Assembly (NCBI GenBank): GCA_002269645.1
Contig: NIVC01000114.1
Location: forward strand, 868,001-932,000
DNA length: 64,000 bases
Direction of reading: 5' to 3'
Source: Macrostomum lignano
Taxonomy: Eukaryota
The notes beneath the pieces were generated by a model. That model saw nothing but the letters and a program-made list of their open reading frames with translations. It made no database searches and was not told the DNA's origin. Positions 12,901 to 24,600 of this stretch are shown here, in pieces. A program made the position numbers and the translations under genes. The stretch's first letter is position 1. Every line of letters starts with the position of its first letter.

Positions 12901-15900
12901 GCTGTTTGGGCATGCGAGAAAGCTCTAAATAAATTTATTGCATTGCCTACATTATCAAAACAAAGACTGCAGATCCTTACGCAATAAAATTAAATCAACA
13001 GCCAAAGGGTTTCGATCTGAGGCTTTGAGTAGACCACATTGCATATGTAGCTTCTCAAAAGCTTAGGAAACTTACGTAGAAAATTTGAAATCCACGAAGA
13101 GAAAAATAAGTAGTTAAAAATTCCGATCTAAGGCTTTGCACATGCCGAAACCCATCTGCAGCTTCCCAATGGCTCAAACACTCACGTGGAGTTTCCGTCA
13201 CCGCAGACGCCGCCGTTCTGACAGGACCCTGACAGGCAGTAGTCAGTGTCCACCGAGCAGTTCCTGCCCTCCCAGCCTGTGAAGCAGCTGCAGCTGTAGT
13301 TTTTCACCAGGTCCGTGCACAGGCCGTTGGCGCAGGGCTTGCTGGCGCAGTCATCAATGTTGATTTGGCACCTGTCACCTGCGAATCCCGTGTCTGTGCA
13401 GTCACAGGTGAATCTGAAATGAGGATAAAATTAAGAACTGCTGTAACAGAAAAGCTCAAAGTTTTTTATCGGCGGTTGCGGCGATAAATTTTAATAAGTA
13501 TTACAAACGAAGATTTGTATGGTAGTTCAAGTAGCCACTACAGAAACAAAATTTAAAATAGAAACTGGACAGCCACCAGCTCGTCACTTTATTAACGAAA
13601 ACTGGAGGGTTGGCGTGTCAGGCCATGGTTGTTTTGTCAGACTTTACTACCGTCAGGAACAAATCTCATTCTGCCTCTCCGGTGTTGAGAAAGCGGAGCA
13701 CTTCATCTGTGAAGGCACCGCCTCTACTTGGGACAGGCTCACCTGCGTCGGAACCAACCCGGTTATTTTCGAAGTTTTCAGACCCGAGAATTTCTGCCAA
13801 CTCGTCTGCTACCTGAGGGCTACCGGGCCAGCAAATACCCACCCCCGGGACTCTCCGGAGGGGGACCGCGCTGCGGACACCGGCACCACACGCCTCCCCG
13901 CTGCGTTCGAATACCCGAAGCCCCTGCAGCTGAGTCAAGTCAACAAGGAGAACTCACGTGCCGTTGCCATCAATGCACCTGCCGCCATTGAGGCAGGCGC
14001 CCGTTGGACAGTCGTTGTGGTTGATGTTGCAGTTCCTGCCCTCCCAGCCTGTGAAGCAGCTGCAGCTGTAGTCATTCACCAAGTCTGAGCACAGGCCGTT
14101 GATGCAGGGCTTGCTGGCGCAGTCATCAATGTTGCTTTGGCACCTGTCACCTGCGAATCCCGTGTCTGTGCAGTCGCAGGTGAATCTGAAAAGAGGATAA
14201 AATTCAGCTCTATTGTTACAGAAATGGTTGGAAATCCGAGTTTTCTACTGGCGGTTCCGGTAATAAATTTTAAGAACTTTTACAAACGAAAATTGTAAAA
14301 CTCGGAGTAAGGTTTTATAGTTTCGAAATCCTACTTACAACGCAATTGTATATTAGCTGCAGTAGCCACTACAGAAACAAACTTATCATTTGAAACTGGA
14401 AAACAACCAGCCCGTAACTTTAGTAACGAAATTGGAGGATGTGCGCATCAAGTCATGGCTGTCTTGTCAGACATCGCTGCCTCCAGGAATACCCATTTTA
14501 TCTATAGGGTGTTGAGAATGCGGAGCACTTCATCTGCGACTGCCCCGCCTTTACTCAGGACAGGCTCTTCTACCTTGGCACAAACCCGGGCCTTTCCGAC
14601 GGTTTCAGGGCCGAGACTTTCTGCAAGCTCGTCCGCTACTTTAAGGCTACCGGGCTAGACTCGATCCACCCCTTGGACTCTCCAGAGGGGGACCGCGGTG
14701 CGGTCACCGGCACCACCGGCTCTCCATGTGTGAAACCGCAGTACCAGCTGCCCGCAGTGGCCAGGGTTAACAAAAGGGACTTCAACGCCTCCCCGCTGCA
14801 TCCAGACTCCCAGAGCCCCTGCAGCTGAGTCAAGTCAACAAGGAGAACTCACGTTCCGTTGCCATCAATGCACCTGCCGCCATTGAGGCAGGCGCCGGTT
14901 GGACAGTCATTGTGGTTGATGTTGCAGTTCCTGCCCTCCCAGCCTGTGAAGCAGCTGCAGCTGTAGTCATTCACCAAGTCTGAGCACAGGCCGTTGGCGC
15001 AGGGCTTGCTGGCGCAGTCATCAATGTTGATCTCGCAGTTGGTGCCTGTGAAGTTAACAGGAAATTTCAAAAGTAGCAAATAAAATCATCTTGCTTGTTC
15101 GCTTTCCTGATTCAGCACAATTTTTTAACGAAAAGTCAAATTTCAAGCGGAGAAGTCAAAGCATTAAATGCACAAAACCTCGAATATTTCTTATCGCATT
15201 CCAGACAGTGCAGAACAGAAACGAAAGCGGAAAGCTGAGCGATGTCACTCAAAGCAGCCTGAATGTTCCTGGCAACCAGAGCACCATGCGCTGAAAGCAT
15301 GTCTATCATGCATGTACACGCGTACTAAAGATGAATAGCATTGTCTCAAACTGCAGACAAATTAAAGATAATATTGGAACTTAACAGGGGCGTAGAGGGC
15401 GGGGCGCCTAAGAGGCGTCAATCTTCGATTAGATTTGAGTACAATCTGAGTAGGTACGGGCTACAATAGAAAACTCGCACACAGCCATCATAACCATAAA
15501 GTGAAAAGTCAAAATTTCTGAATGGTGGCAGGGCAAGCAGCATCGATTTCTGGCCCTGAACAGATATTTATTCCAAGGCTTGTGCGATGAACGGAAAGAG
15601 CAATTGAAACGTGACGATAGCGGAGTGGCGCCGTCAACTCTTATGTGAGCGCTCCTGCCTCTGAGAGGAGGTGGGCGCCATTGCCTCTGTGGTGAGCTCC
15701 ACTGTCTCTGAAATGGACGCCCTTGTCTCTGAGGTGGTCGCCCCTGTCTCTGAGGTGGGCGCCTTGTTTTTGAGGTGGTCGCCCCTGTCTCTGAGGTGGC
15801 CGCCCCTGTCTCTGAGGTGCGCGCCTTGTCTCTGAGGTGCGCGCCTTGTCTCTGAGGTGGTCGCCCCTGTCTCTGAGGTGGGCGCCCCTGTCTCTGAGGT

Positions 15901-17529
15901 GGGTGCCTTGTCTCTGAGGTGGTCGCCCCTGTCTCTGAGGTGGGCGCCCCTGTCTCTGAGGTGGGTGCCTTGTCTCTGAGGTGGTCGCCCCTGTCTCTGA
16001 GGTGGGCGCCTTGTTTTTGAGGTGGTCGCCCCTGTCTCTGAGGTGGCCGCCCCTGTCTCTGAGGTGCGCGCCTTGTCTCTGAGGTGCGCGCCTTGTCTCT
16101 GAGGTGGTCGCCCCTGTCTCTGAGGTGGGCGCCCCTGTCTCTGAGGTGGGTGCCTTGTCTCTGAGGTGGTCGCCCCTGTCTCTGAGGTGGGTGCCTTGTC
16201 TCTGAGGTGGGTGCCTTGTCTCTGAGGTGGGTGCCTTGTCTCTGAGGTGCGCGCCTTGTCTCTGAGGTGGTCGCCCCTGTCTCTGAGGTGGTCGCCCCTG
16301 TCTCTGAGGTGGGCGCCCCTGTCTCTGAGGTGGGTGCCTTGTCTCTGAGGTGGTCGCCCCTGTCTCTGAGGTGGGCGCCCCTGTCTCTGAGGTGGCCGCC
16401 CCTGTCTCTGAGGTGCGCGCCTTGTCTCTGAGGTGCGCGCCTTGTCTCTGAGGTGGGCGCCTTGTCTCTGAGGTGGTCGCCCCTGTCTCTGAGGTGGCCG
16501 CCCCTGTCTCTGAGGTGCGCGCCTTGTCTCTGAGGTAATCGCCCCTGTCTCTGAGGTGGTCGCCCCCGTCTCTGAGGTGGGCGCCTTGTCTCTGAGGTGG
16601 TCGCCCCTGTCTCTGAGGTGATCGCCCCTGTCTCTGAGGTGGGTGCCCGTGTCTCTGAGGTGGGCGCCCCTGTCTCTGAGGTGAGCGCCTCTGTCTCTGG
16701 GGTGGGCGCCCCTGTCTCTGAGGTGGGCGCCCCTGTCTCTGAGGTGGGCGCCCCTGTCTCTGAGGTGGGCGCCCCTGTCTCTGAGGTGGGCGCCCCTGTC
16801 TCTGAGGTGGGCGCCCCTATCTCTGGGGTGGGCGCCCCAGTCTCTGAGGTGCGCGCCCCTGTCTCTGAGGTGGGCACCCTAGCTACATTAAATTCCGAAG
16901 CCGGTGTTGCCATTTCTAAGAGGTAACAAAAGTTGAGCCCTTGTAATTTAACGAGATTGTTTAAATCTTTACTTCAGTTTTTAAGGAAAAAAAATTTGGT
17001 ACGGCGCAATTTTTTCCGTCTCCCGCCTCCCTCCGCCCTCTCTCTGCAGCCACTGAGTATTTGTAGTAATTCATTAGTTTGGCTTACATCTTTTTTGGCT
17101 GTGCATTTAGCCAAAAATGTAAACGAACAAAGCAGAAAAGCAAAAGTTAGTAATCAAATAGATTTCTATCATAAATTCAATCTTGCAAGCAATTCTAAGG
17201 CGCCTCAATTTAAACTGGCTTTGCCCCACCTGGTCACCCACCTGTGTAGCCGGGAACGCAGCTGCAGTGATACCAGGGGCTCGCGTCTGAGTTGCTGCAG
17301 GTGCCTCCGTTTTGGCAGGGACTGGCTGTTGTAGCGCCACCGCCCGAAGTTGAAGCACAGAAGTCTATTCTAACAGTGCAATAAGTACCAGTGTACGCCT
17401 CAGCACACAGACACGGAGGAGTGCTTGACGTCACAGCACCTGGCCAGCAAATCCCGCCATTCTTGCAGTCGCCCTCGCTGCAGGCGGCTCGCCTCGTCCG
17501 AACCAACGCGTTGGCTTCCTCGTCTATGT
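9995..17529 (-). CDS. Crumbs-like EGF/laminin-G type I membrane protein, array copy 2 (signal exon missing; possible pseudogene)
   Basis: Exons 17529-17242, 15045-14853, 14185-13958, 13413-13186, 12299-11813, 11739-11168 (LamG+EGF), 11098-10899, 10798-10668 (TM VVVGAVVGALTGVVTAGLAVAVVGLLI), 10580-10509, 10418-10344, 10123-9995. Splice phases are consistent and I saw no in-frame stops. Confidence 0.75.
15700..16878. repeat. Same minisatellite family, copy 2 intron
   Basis: Variants gaggtggtcgcccctgtctct and gaggtgcgcgccttgtctct. Confidence 0.95.
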
Positions 17530-18661
17530 CTACAAAGCGTTTGTGAGTTTAAAATCAGATTGTTAGGATAGTTTTGGGGTATTAAAACATAAACTGTGAG
17601 CTCGTCCTAATTCTTTCACTACTTTAGCAAAATAATTAATGATAGACGATGCTCAGAGAGCTCTGTAAAGTCACCGTCAGTTTGCTCAACCCTAGCTTAT
17701 AGACTTGGAGCTGTTATAATCAGGGATAATTATAAAAAGTTATTGAGATTTATTTATCAGATAAGAATACTGGTACATCGGTTCGACCAAAAAAGAAAAC
17801 AGCATAATTTTTTTAATCAAAACTGCAATACGTGTAGATATTGGCAGCAAAAGCTACTTGTCTAGAAGGTATGGTATACTTTACTCAAAAAAATGGACCA
17901 GGTAAAATGATCTTTTTATTAAATGGCATTGCTCATTGCAATATGTACATTTATGAGTTCTCATGCATCTGCTTCGAACAAGAACGCAGTATTAAAATGA
18001 AGTGTCGTCTTTCGATCTTTCGAAAAGTCAATAAATTGAACTACCAACCAGATGTGACCAAAACAACTTAAGTATTGTAGAATTAACACAGATATCATCC
18101 AACCTATTTACAATACGCTCATAAACTTACGGAGCAATTGGAACATAGCACGGAAATTGTACACCTATAAGAGTTTTGTTGCTTTTATTCTAACTTGTGG
18201 TGATCTATTGTACAAAAGACTGCTCGACACAGAACCATCTCAACCTAGTTAGCTCATACAGACTCTACACTCCCAAGTAAAACAGAGGCATTCACATTCC
18301 ACAGCTGTCAAAACATTATAACTATAATTTTTTCAGTAGGCATATCGAAGAAATCATGAGATTGATTTCTTTACAATCTTCAACCTACATAATCTAAGAA
18401 CGATTTCTTGACCGAGCTACTTTCTTTTACGAGAGACTGTAAAATACGATTCAAATCCAATAGAGGCAAACACGAGCGCTTTAAAAGTGCAAAAAGTACA
18501 TAATATTCGCATTATAAAAACCATCAGCTGCCCTCAAAAAAGCCAGCACTGGAGTAAAACGAAACACGAAACTCATCAATGTCGCACCAAATGTTTCAAC
18601 GCAGTGTTTTGAATAAATATGAGACGTCTTCCGCAGAAAATCATTAAAAACTGTTTCATCC

Positions 18662-21600
18662 TCAGTGAAAGCCTTGATTAGCGTAAATGGCAGGTGCGAA
18701 ATCCGAGTTCTCGTTTGCGTATTCGCAACCTGCGGCTTCAGCAATGGAATCCATCTGGACTGGTGGAAGCGGCTGGTTCTGCCGATTCTTCTGAGAGGGG
18801 GGGGGGTAAGTAAAAACAGATAGGGGAATCTGTATGATATTAAATCATTATCATCAACACGAAACATGAAAGGTCTCGATGATGTAACCGCCCTTGTCGC
18901 CTGTCCGCTCCTATTGAGAGACGAACGCTTGGCTAGAGGGGGCAATGACCGTAGGCTGCCTATGACCGGGCAATGACCTGACGGACCTCCAGCACCAGAC
19001 TGTCCCGCCCACATGATTAGTAGCTTTGGTAGCGCTTCGTGACCAGAGGGCCAAGGATCCACATGGACCCCACCTGTAGCCAAGGTGCAATAGTTGGTCA
19101 CTCGGCCATGGTATGACCGAGTGGCTGCCACCACTCTATGTGACCTGGCGCACCTGGATCTTTCTACCAGACCTCTCGAGGCTAGAGCCCCGCCTGGATT
19201 GGTTACCAGGGGATTTAGGCTAACAGGGGAGACGCATGCAGCCGAGTTCAGGGACTCTGCTTGGGGCATGATCGGGAACTCTGGGCTCAATCCTGGAGGA
19301 TTTCTCAGCAGGGGATCCTTTGTGGCTGTGAGCGAGGCTGACTTGCGACTTGCGACTTGCTGACTTGAGTATGAGGCATGTTCGCCTCATACTACTAAGA
19401 GTAGTATGAGGCGAACATGTACTGTCTATAGTTTAGATTGCTCAGGGCGAAGGGACGCGTTAGCATGGGGTTGCAACCTTCCTACTGCCATTCTGTGCCA
19501 AGACTCGCTAATCCCTCTACTGCACGCACACGCGGCCCAGCAGCACGCACTCACAGGCGGGCTTTGCACGGGGAGAGGCCATTAGCTTACCCAAACTTCC
19601 TTATGCTTTGCCACCCCGGGAGAAAGGCTTAGCAAGCCATGAGTTAAATGATGGTGAAAGATTGAATAATGATAAAGTTAGTTAATAGTTAATAATTAGG
19701 CCCTTAGGCGAATGATCAGGCAATTAGGCGGCTTCACTTTAGAGTAAAATACAGCAAAAGATACGGTATCACAATTGGCTCAGCTCTCTATTCAGACAAT
19801 GGAAAATAGGCAAACCCCGGATAAGCAAAGGCAATTAGAGCGCAAATTAATAACAGGAACTTACCGGCAGCTGCACAGAGAGAGAGAGAGGCGGAGTGAC
19901 CGAGGGCGGCTGTAGGCTGCAATCAGGCAGACGGTGAAGCGGCGATGCGCTGGAGCGACGAGGCGCTGATGTAGATCAGGCGATGCTGATGATGCTGGGC
20001 GGTATCAGACCGCTGGCCGATAGGCGAGCTCACTTGGGGAGCTAAGGATAACTTGGCGGTAACAGACCGCGGACCGGCAGGGATTCGTCTTATAGACGAA
20101 TGGGTCAGAACTCAATCTGACAGCAAGTCCAAAGAAGGACGAGGAGAGGAAGAGCGTGAGGATTCTCATGCCGAAATCACTTCCTTTTATAGACCTCACA
20201 GCCGCCTCCTCAAGGTCGTTACCATGGCTCCCTCTCTCTGATTGGCTGCCGGCAGAATGACGTCAGAATGAGTCATGATGAGAAGCATGAGACCGGCATA
20301 GCAACATGAGAAATAGGGAAATTGCGCAATCCGTAGGTGGGGTGGGGGGATAATTGGCGCAGCGGGTGGTCGCGAAAGTGTTGCGCAAGCAAACATTGAG
20401 AACAATAGGGCTGGGGTCGAGAACAAAGGAATTGGAAATCGGGGCTAATTGGGGAAAACTGAGAACAATGGAAAAGTAAACATTGGAGAAAAGGTGATAA
20501 TTAGGTGCGAAAACGAGAACAAAAGAAAGAGAAAATCAGAGAAAATGTGATAATTGGTGGGGGTCGAGAGAACAAAAGAATCAAAAACGAGAACAATAGA
20601 AGCGGAGGTGGGGTGGGTGTCGCATGAGAAATTTGGGGAGGAGAACAATGGCATGAGAAAAGGTTGCGCAAGAGAGGGGGATGAGTCATCGATGAGTCAT
20701 CGGGGGAAAGAAGGGGTCACACGACTTGCGTCACCGTTTGGGAGTTTGGGAGGGGATGGGGAGACGGTGAGCACACAAAATACTGTAAGTAGACACAGAG
20801 AAGGAGGGGACAGCGCAGGAAAAGAGTGCAGAGAGAGACAAAAAGAGGGGGGGGAAGGGGAAGTACAAGAAGAATAGGGTGGAGTGCAGGGGAGATAAGG
20901 TAGAGGGGAGGGTACAGAGAGGGACAGGGAGCTCCGGAAAGGCAGGTGTGGCGGCAGGGGAGACGGAACCAAGGCAGTAGGAGGGGGGGGGGCAGCAGAG
21001 CGGGAGTCTCCAGGCCTGGGCGGAAACCTGGCCGAGTCTCGACAGCTCTGTGCAGAGGGTACACGGGATAGGAGGCACTTTCGAAAAAGTTCCCATGCCC
21101 TATCCCGCGACCAGAGCGTGGTTACATCATCGATTGATTTCTATTCAGAGTTAAAATATTGAAGGTCTAGTTTGCTCGTTAGCAATCTAAATAATATATC
21201 AGATACTCTTTTTGCTTTCGAAAGTTAAACAAATGTCAAGGGACGCGAATTGATATCTCACCACTGAAGCTTTGCAGAGCTCTTCAGTAGCTGAGGCATA
21301 CTGATGCGCTGAGTCAACATCCTGCACCTTGGCATTCTGTGTGGGCACACAATATTTTGTATATTATTGAGAATTAAAATCCACATCTCAAAATGTGTAT
21401 TTAAATTTTCCACAGCGAAGCTTACACGTGATATTTCACCAGTTGCTGAAACTGTTGGTTCCGCATACTTGGCTGGCTTAGTGCGCGATAAATAGCCCTG
21501 AACAATGGCAAAACGATTATTACAGTCACAGTTAATGCGTCATTGTCGAATATAGCACAATATTATAACAATCTCTGCACTTACAAAACGGATTAAAAGA

Positions 21601-24600
21601 CCCACCACGGCGACAGCGAGCCCAGCTGTGACGACGCCAGTAAGTGCGCCGACAAGTGCGCCTACAACTACTGAAGAGCTTCGGGATTCCTCAGGATTGG
21701 ATGCATGCCTTGATTCTAAAAATATATAATTCATATTCAGTAAAACAACGCACTCGATAATATAAAATCAACTTACACAAACCGTATATTGAGACGACAC
21801 TGCACAACGTCTCACCATAAGAATCAATACAGACGAATCCGGGAGCCAGATCATAGCTGAATGACCCATTGAAAGGCCAAGGCAGAAATCTCAACTTGTA
21901 GTTCGCTTGGTCGCTTCTCTCCAAACAGACTTCACCGCTCTTGCACGGATTCGGGCTGCAGTCGGGGTGATCAACCGAGCAGTTCACGCCCGAGTAGCCA
22001 TTGTGGCATTTGCACCTGCGGAGTTGCCATAGACAATATGCACTACGGAACATGGCAGCAATCTGAATCACAAAAACTTCTCACTCATAGGAATTGTAGA
22101 AAACGTCCACGCATGTAGCTCCGTTTCTGCAAGGTGAAAACGTTTCGCACACCTCAGAAACAACTCCCAGTCGTACACCAGACGAATCGCTGGCTGCAAT
22201 GGCCTGAGGAAGGCTTGCCAGCAAGCTGGGAGAGACAGGACGCAACATCAGCGGCTTCTCGCCGTTCAGTTTGGGGCCAGAAATGATGCCGCGGAAAGCT
22301 GTGTAGTTCGCTGGTAGAACTGAGGCCACTGCACTCGATAGGGTCGGCGCTGACCTCTTTGATCTACGGCTGCCGTGAGCTACAGGCAACAATGAGGAGT
22401 CTGGGGCTGCCCGAAGACCGCTGAAGCCGCCGATGATGAGCTGGCCTGACAGCTGCGGCAGCGGACTCGCACTGCTCAGCGATGCCGACCTGACTGAAGA
22501 TGGCACTGACAGCGACAGCGAGCGACCTGATATCGACACGGAGATCTTCACGGAGACGAAGCTGCCGGTGGCCACCGAGTCTGAGGACGTCAGCGCTGCG
22601 ATGTGGGAGCCGTTGCTGTGCAGTAACTGGGCGGACAGACGGCCAGAGTGATCGATCTGAAAAGATTTAAACAAAGCTTAAAAGAAAAACATCTTGAAAT
22701 CCACCAAGAGTACCATTAAGGACACTGACCATAGCGAGCAGTCTCGGAGTGGTCGCCGAGTCGCTCGGGTCGCCCAGCAGCAGCAGAAACGCTCCTCGAG
22801 ACAAAGTCACCAGCCTCAGCTCAATCGTCCACGAGTCTCCGCCAGACACACTTGACGCATTTGGCAGAGAAGCGAAACTCGCAGACGATACAAGTCCGCT
22901 TATGCCGAACGAGAACTGTGGAAGCAGCACGGAGCAGTTTTTGCCTCCGAAGTCAGCGGGGCAGCCGGTGCAGGCATAATCCGCTACCAGGTCCTTGCAG
23001 ACGGCTCCGTTCTGACACGGCTGTCCGAACCGCTTGCACTCGTTGATGTCGACTGAACAGGTCGGGCCCTCGTAGCCGGGCAGGCAGTCGCAGGTGAAGC
23101 TCCTGACACCGTCGGTGCACCTGCCGCCGTGCTGGCACGGGCTCGACGCGCAGTCATCGATCCTGGAGCTGCAGGTGGCGCCTTGAAAGTCGACGCGAGA
23201 GCAGTCGCAGGTAAACCTGATTTTGGATTAAAAAAGGCACTTTGAAACCGTAATGCTTGTGACGATGAAGTAAGAATCTAAAAAATTGCCTGTTTCATTG
23301 TTTGTGTGATAGCTTGGCCTGCGTGCGCGCTGGGGGCGGGGCTAGGTTGAGTTGTTTTGCTCTCTCTCTCTCTCTCTCGCTGCATGTACTTGCTAGCGCG
23401 GGTTGGGGGGGTGCGGTGAGTATGCCGATCGATAACAAATAGTTAATATAAAGCAGGCTTTTTAGCCAGTAAAGTTTTTCGTGCTTTTGAGCTAAAATAA
23501 AGTTTTGTCTTGACTTTATTTCACTGGCGACGAGGATGGGATACGAACCCACGCGGGGAAACCCCAATGGATTAGCAATCCATTGCCATAACCACTCGGC
23601 CACCTGTATAGCATAGGGCCGTTTGAGCCTGAGACGGAGGACTGGTCGCAATACAAGGAGCGCATCGAACAAGTGTTCATTGCAAACGAAATCGAAAGCG
23701 AAGAGAAGAAGCGAGCGGTATTCCTCAGCGTGTGCGGCAAGGACACCTATAGGCTTGTCACCAGTCTTCTGGCCCCAGTTAAGCCTTCAGAGGCTTCCTT
23801 CGCTAACATCTGCGAAAAGCTTGACGATCACTGGGACCCAAAGCCGTCAGAGATCGTGCAAAGGTTCCACTTCTACCAGCGCGTTCGAGAGAGCTCGGAG
23901 TCCGTGGCCGACTTCCTGGCGGCACTGCGGCGTTTGGCTGTCCACTGCAACTTCGGTAACAGTTTGAGCACCATGCTGAGAGATCGTCTGGTGCTTGGCA
24001 TCCAGGATGATCGCATACAGCGCAGACTCCTGTCCGAGACAGAGTTGGACCTGGACAGAGCACTGGCGATCTCCCAGGCGGTGGAGCTGGCAACCAAGGG
24101 CTGCAACTTGGTCAAGGGCTCGTCCTCAGGAACCCCGCAAACCGCCTCGGCAGCATCGGTAGACCAAGTCGGCCAGACCACTGCGGTAGCGACTCAGCGA
24201 CCTGCGAAAAGGTTCTACAGGTGTCTGTCAGCGAAACACCTGGCGGCGAAGTGCCCATTCATGAAGAAGGCCTGTTTCAAGTGCGGCAAGATGGGGCACA
24301 CCGCTGCAGCCTGTCGAGGAGGCTCGGATTCGGCTGGAGCTGAGCCGCGGTCGCAAGTCGCCGCTGTGGAGGAGGAAAGCCAAGACTGCGGCTCCCTGAA
24401 CACCTTGCCCAGTGCAGCTGCCAAGGTACCGCCGTACATCACCACAGTCCTGCTCAACGGAGTGTCCTGCCAGATGGAGATCGACACGGGCGCGGCGGTA
24501 TCGCTGATATCGGCTAGAGCCTATCACGACCTGCTGGGCGGGGCTCCTGAGCTCGAGCGGACCCCGATTCGACTGCGGAACTACTGCGGACAGCCGGTCA

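Noticed and set aside
18481-19290. 269-aa minus-strand ORF
   Set aside because: It crosses the insertion boundary, an intron and an exon in the wrong frame; no recognisable domain.
23525-23605. A functional host tRNA-Ser gene
   Set aside because: Only 3 of 7 acceptor pairs form, CCA is encoded, T58 replaces the invariant A, and it sits exactly at a retroelement PBS.
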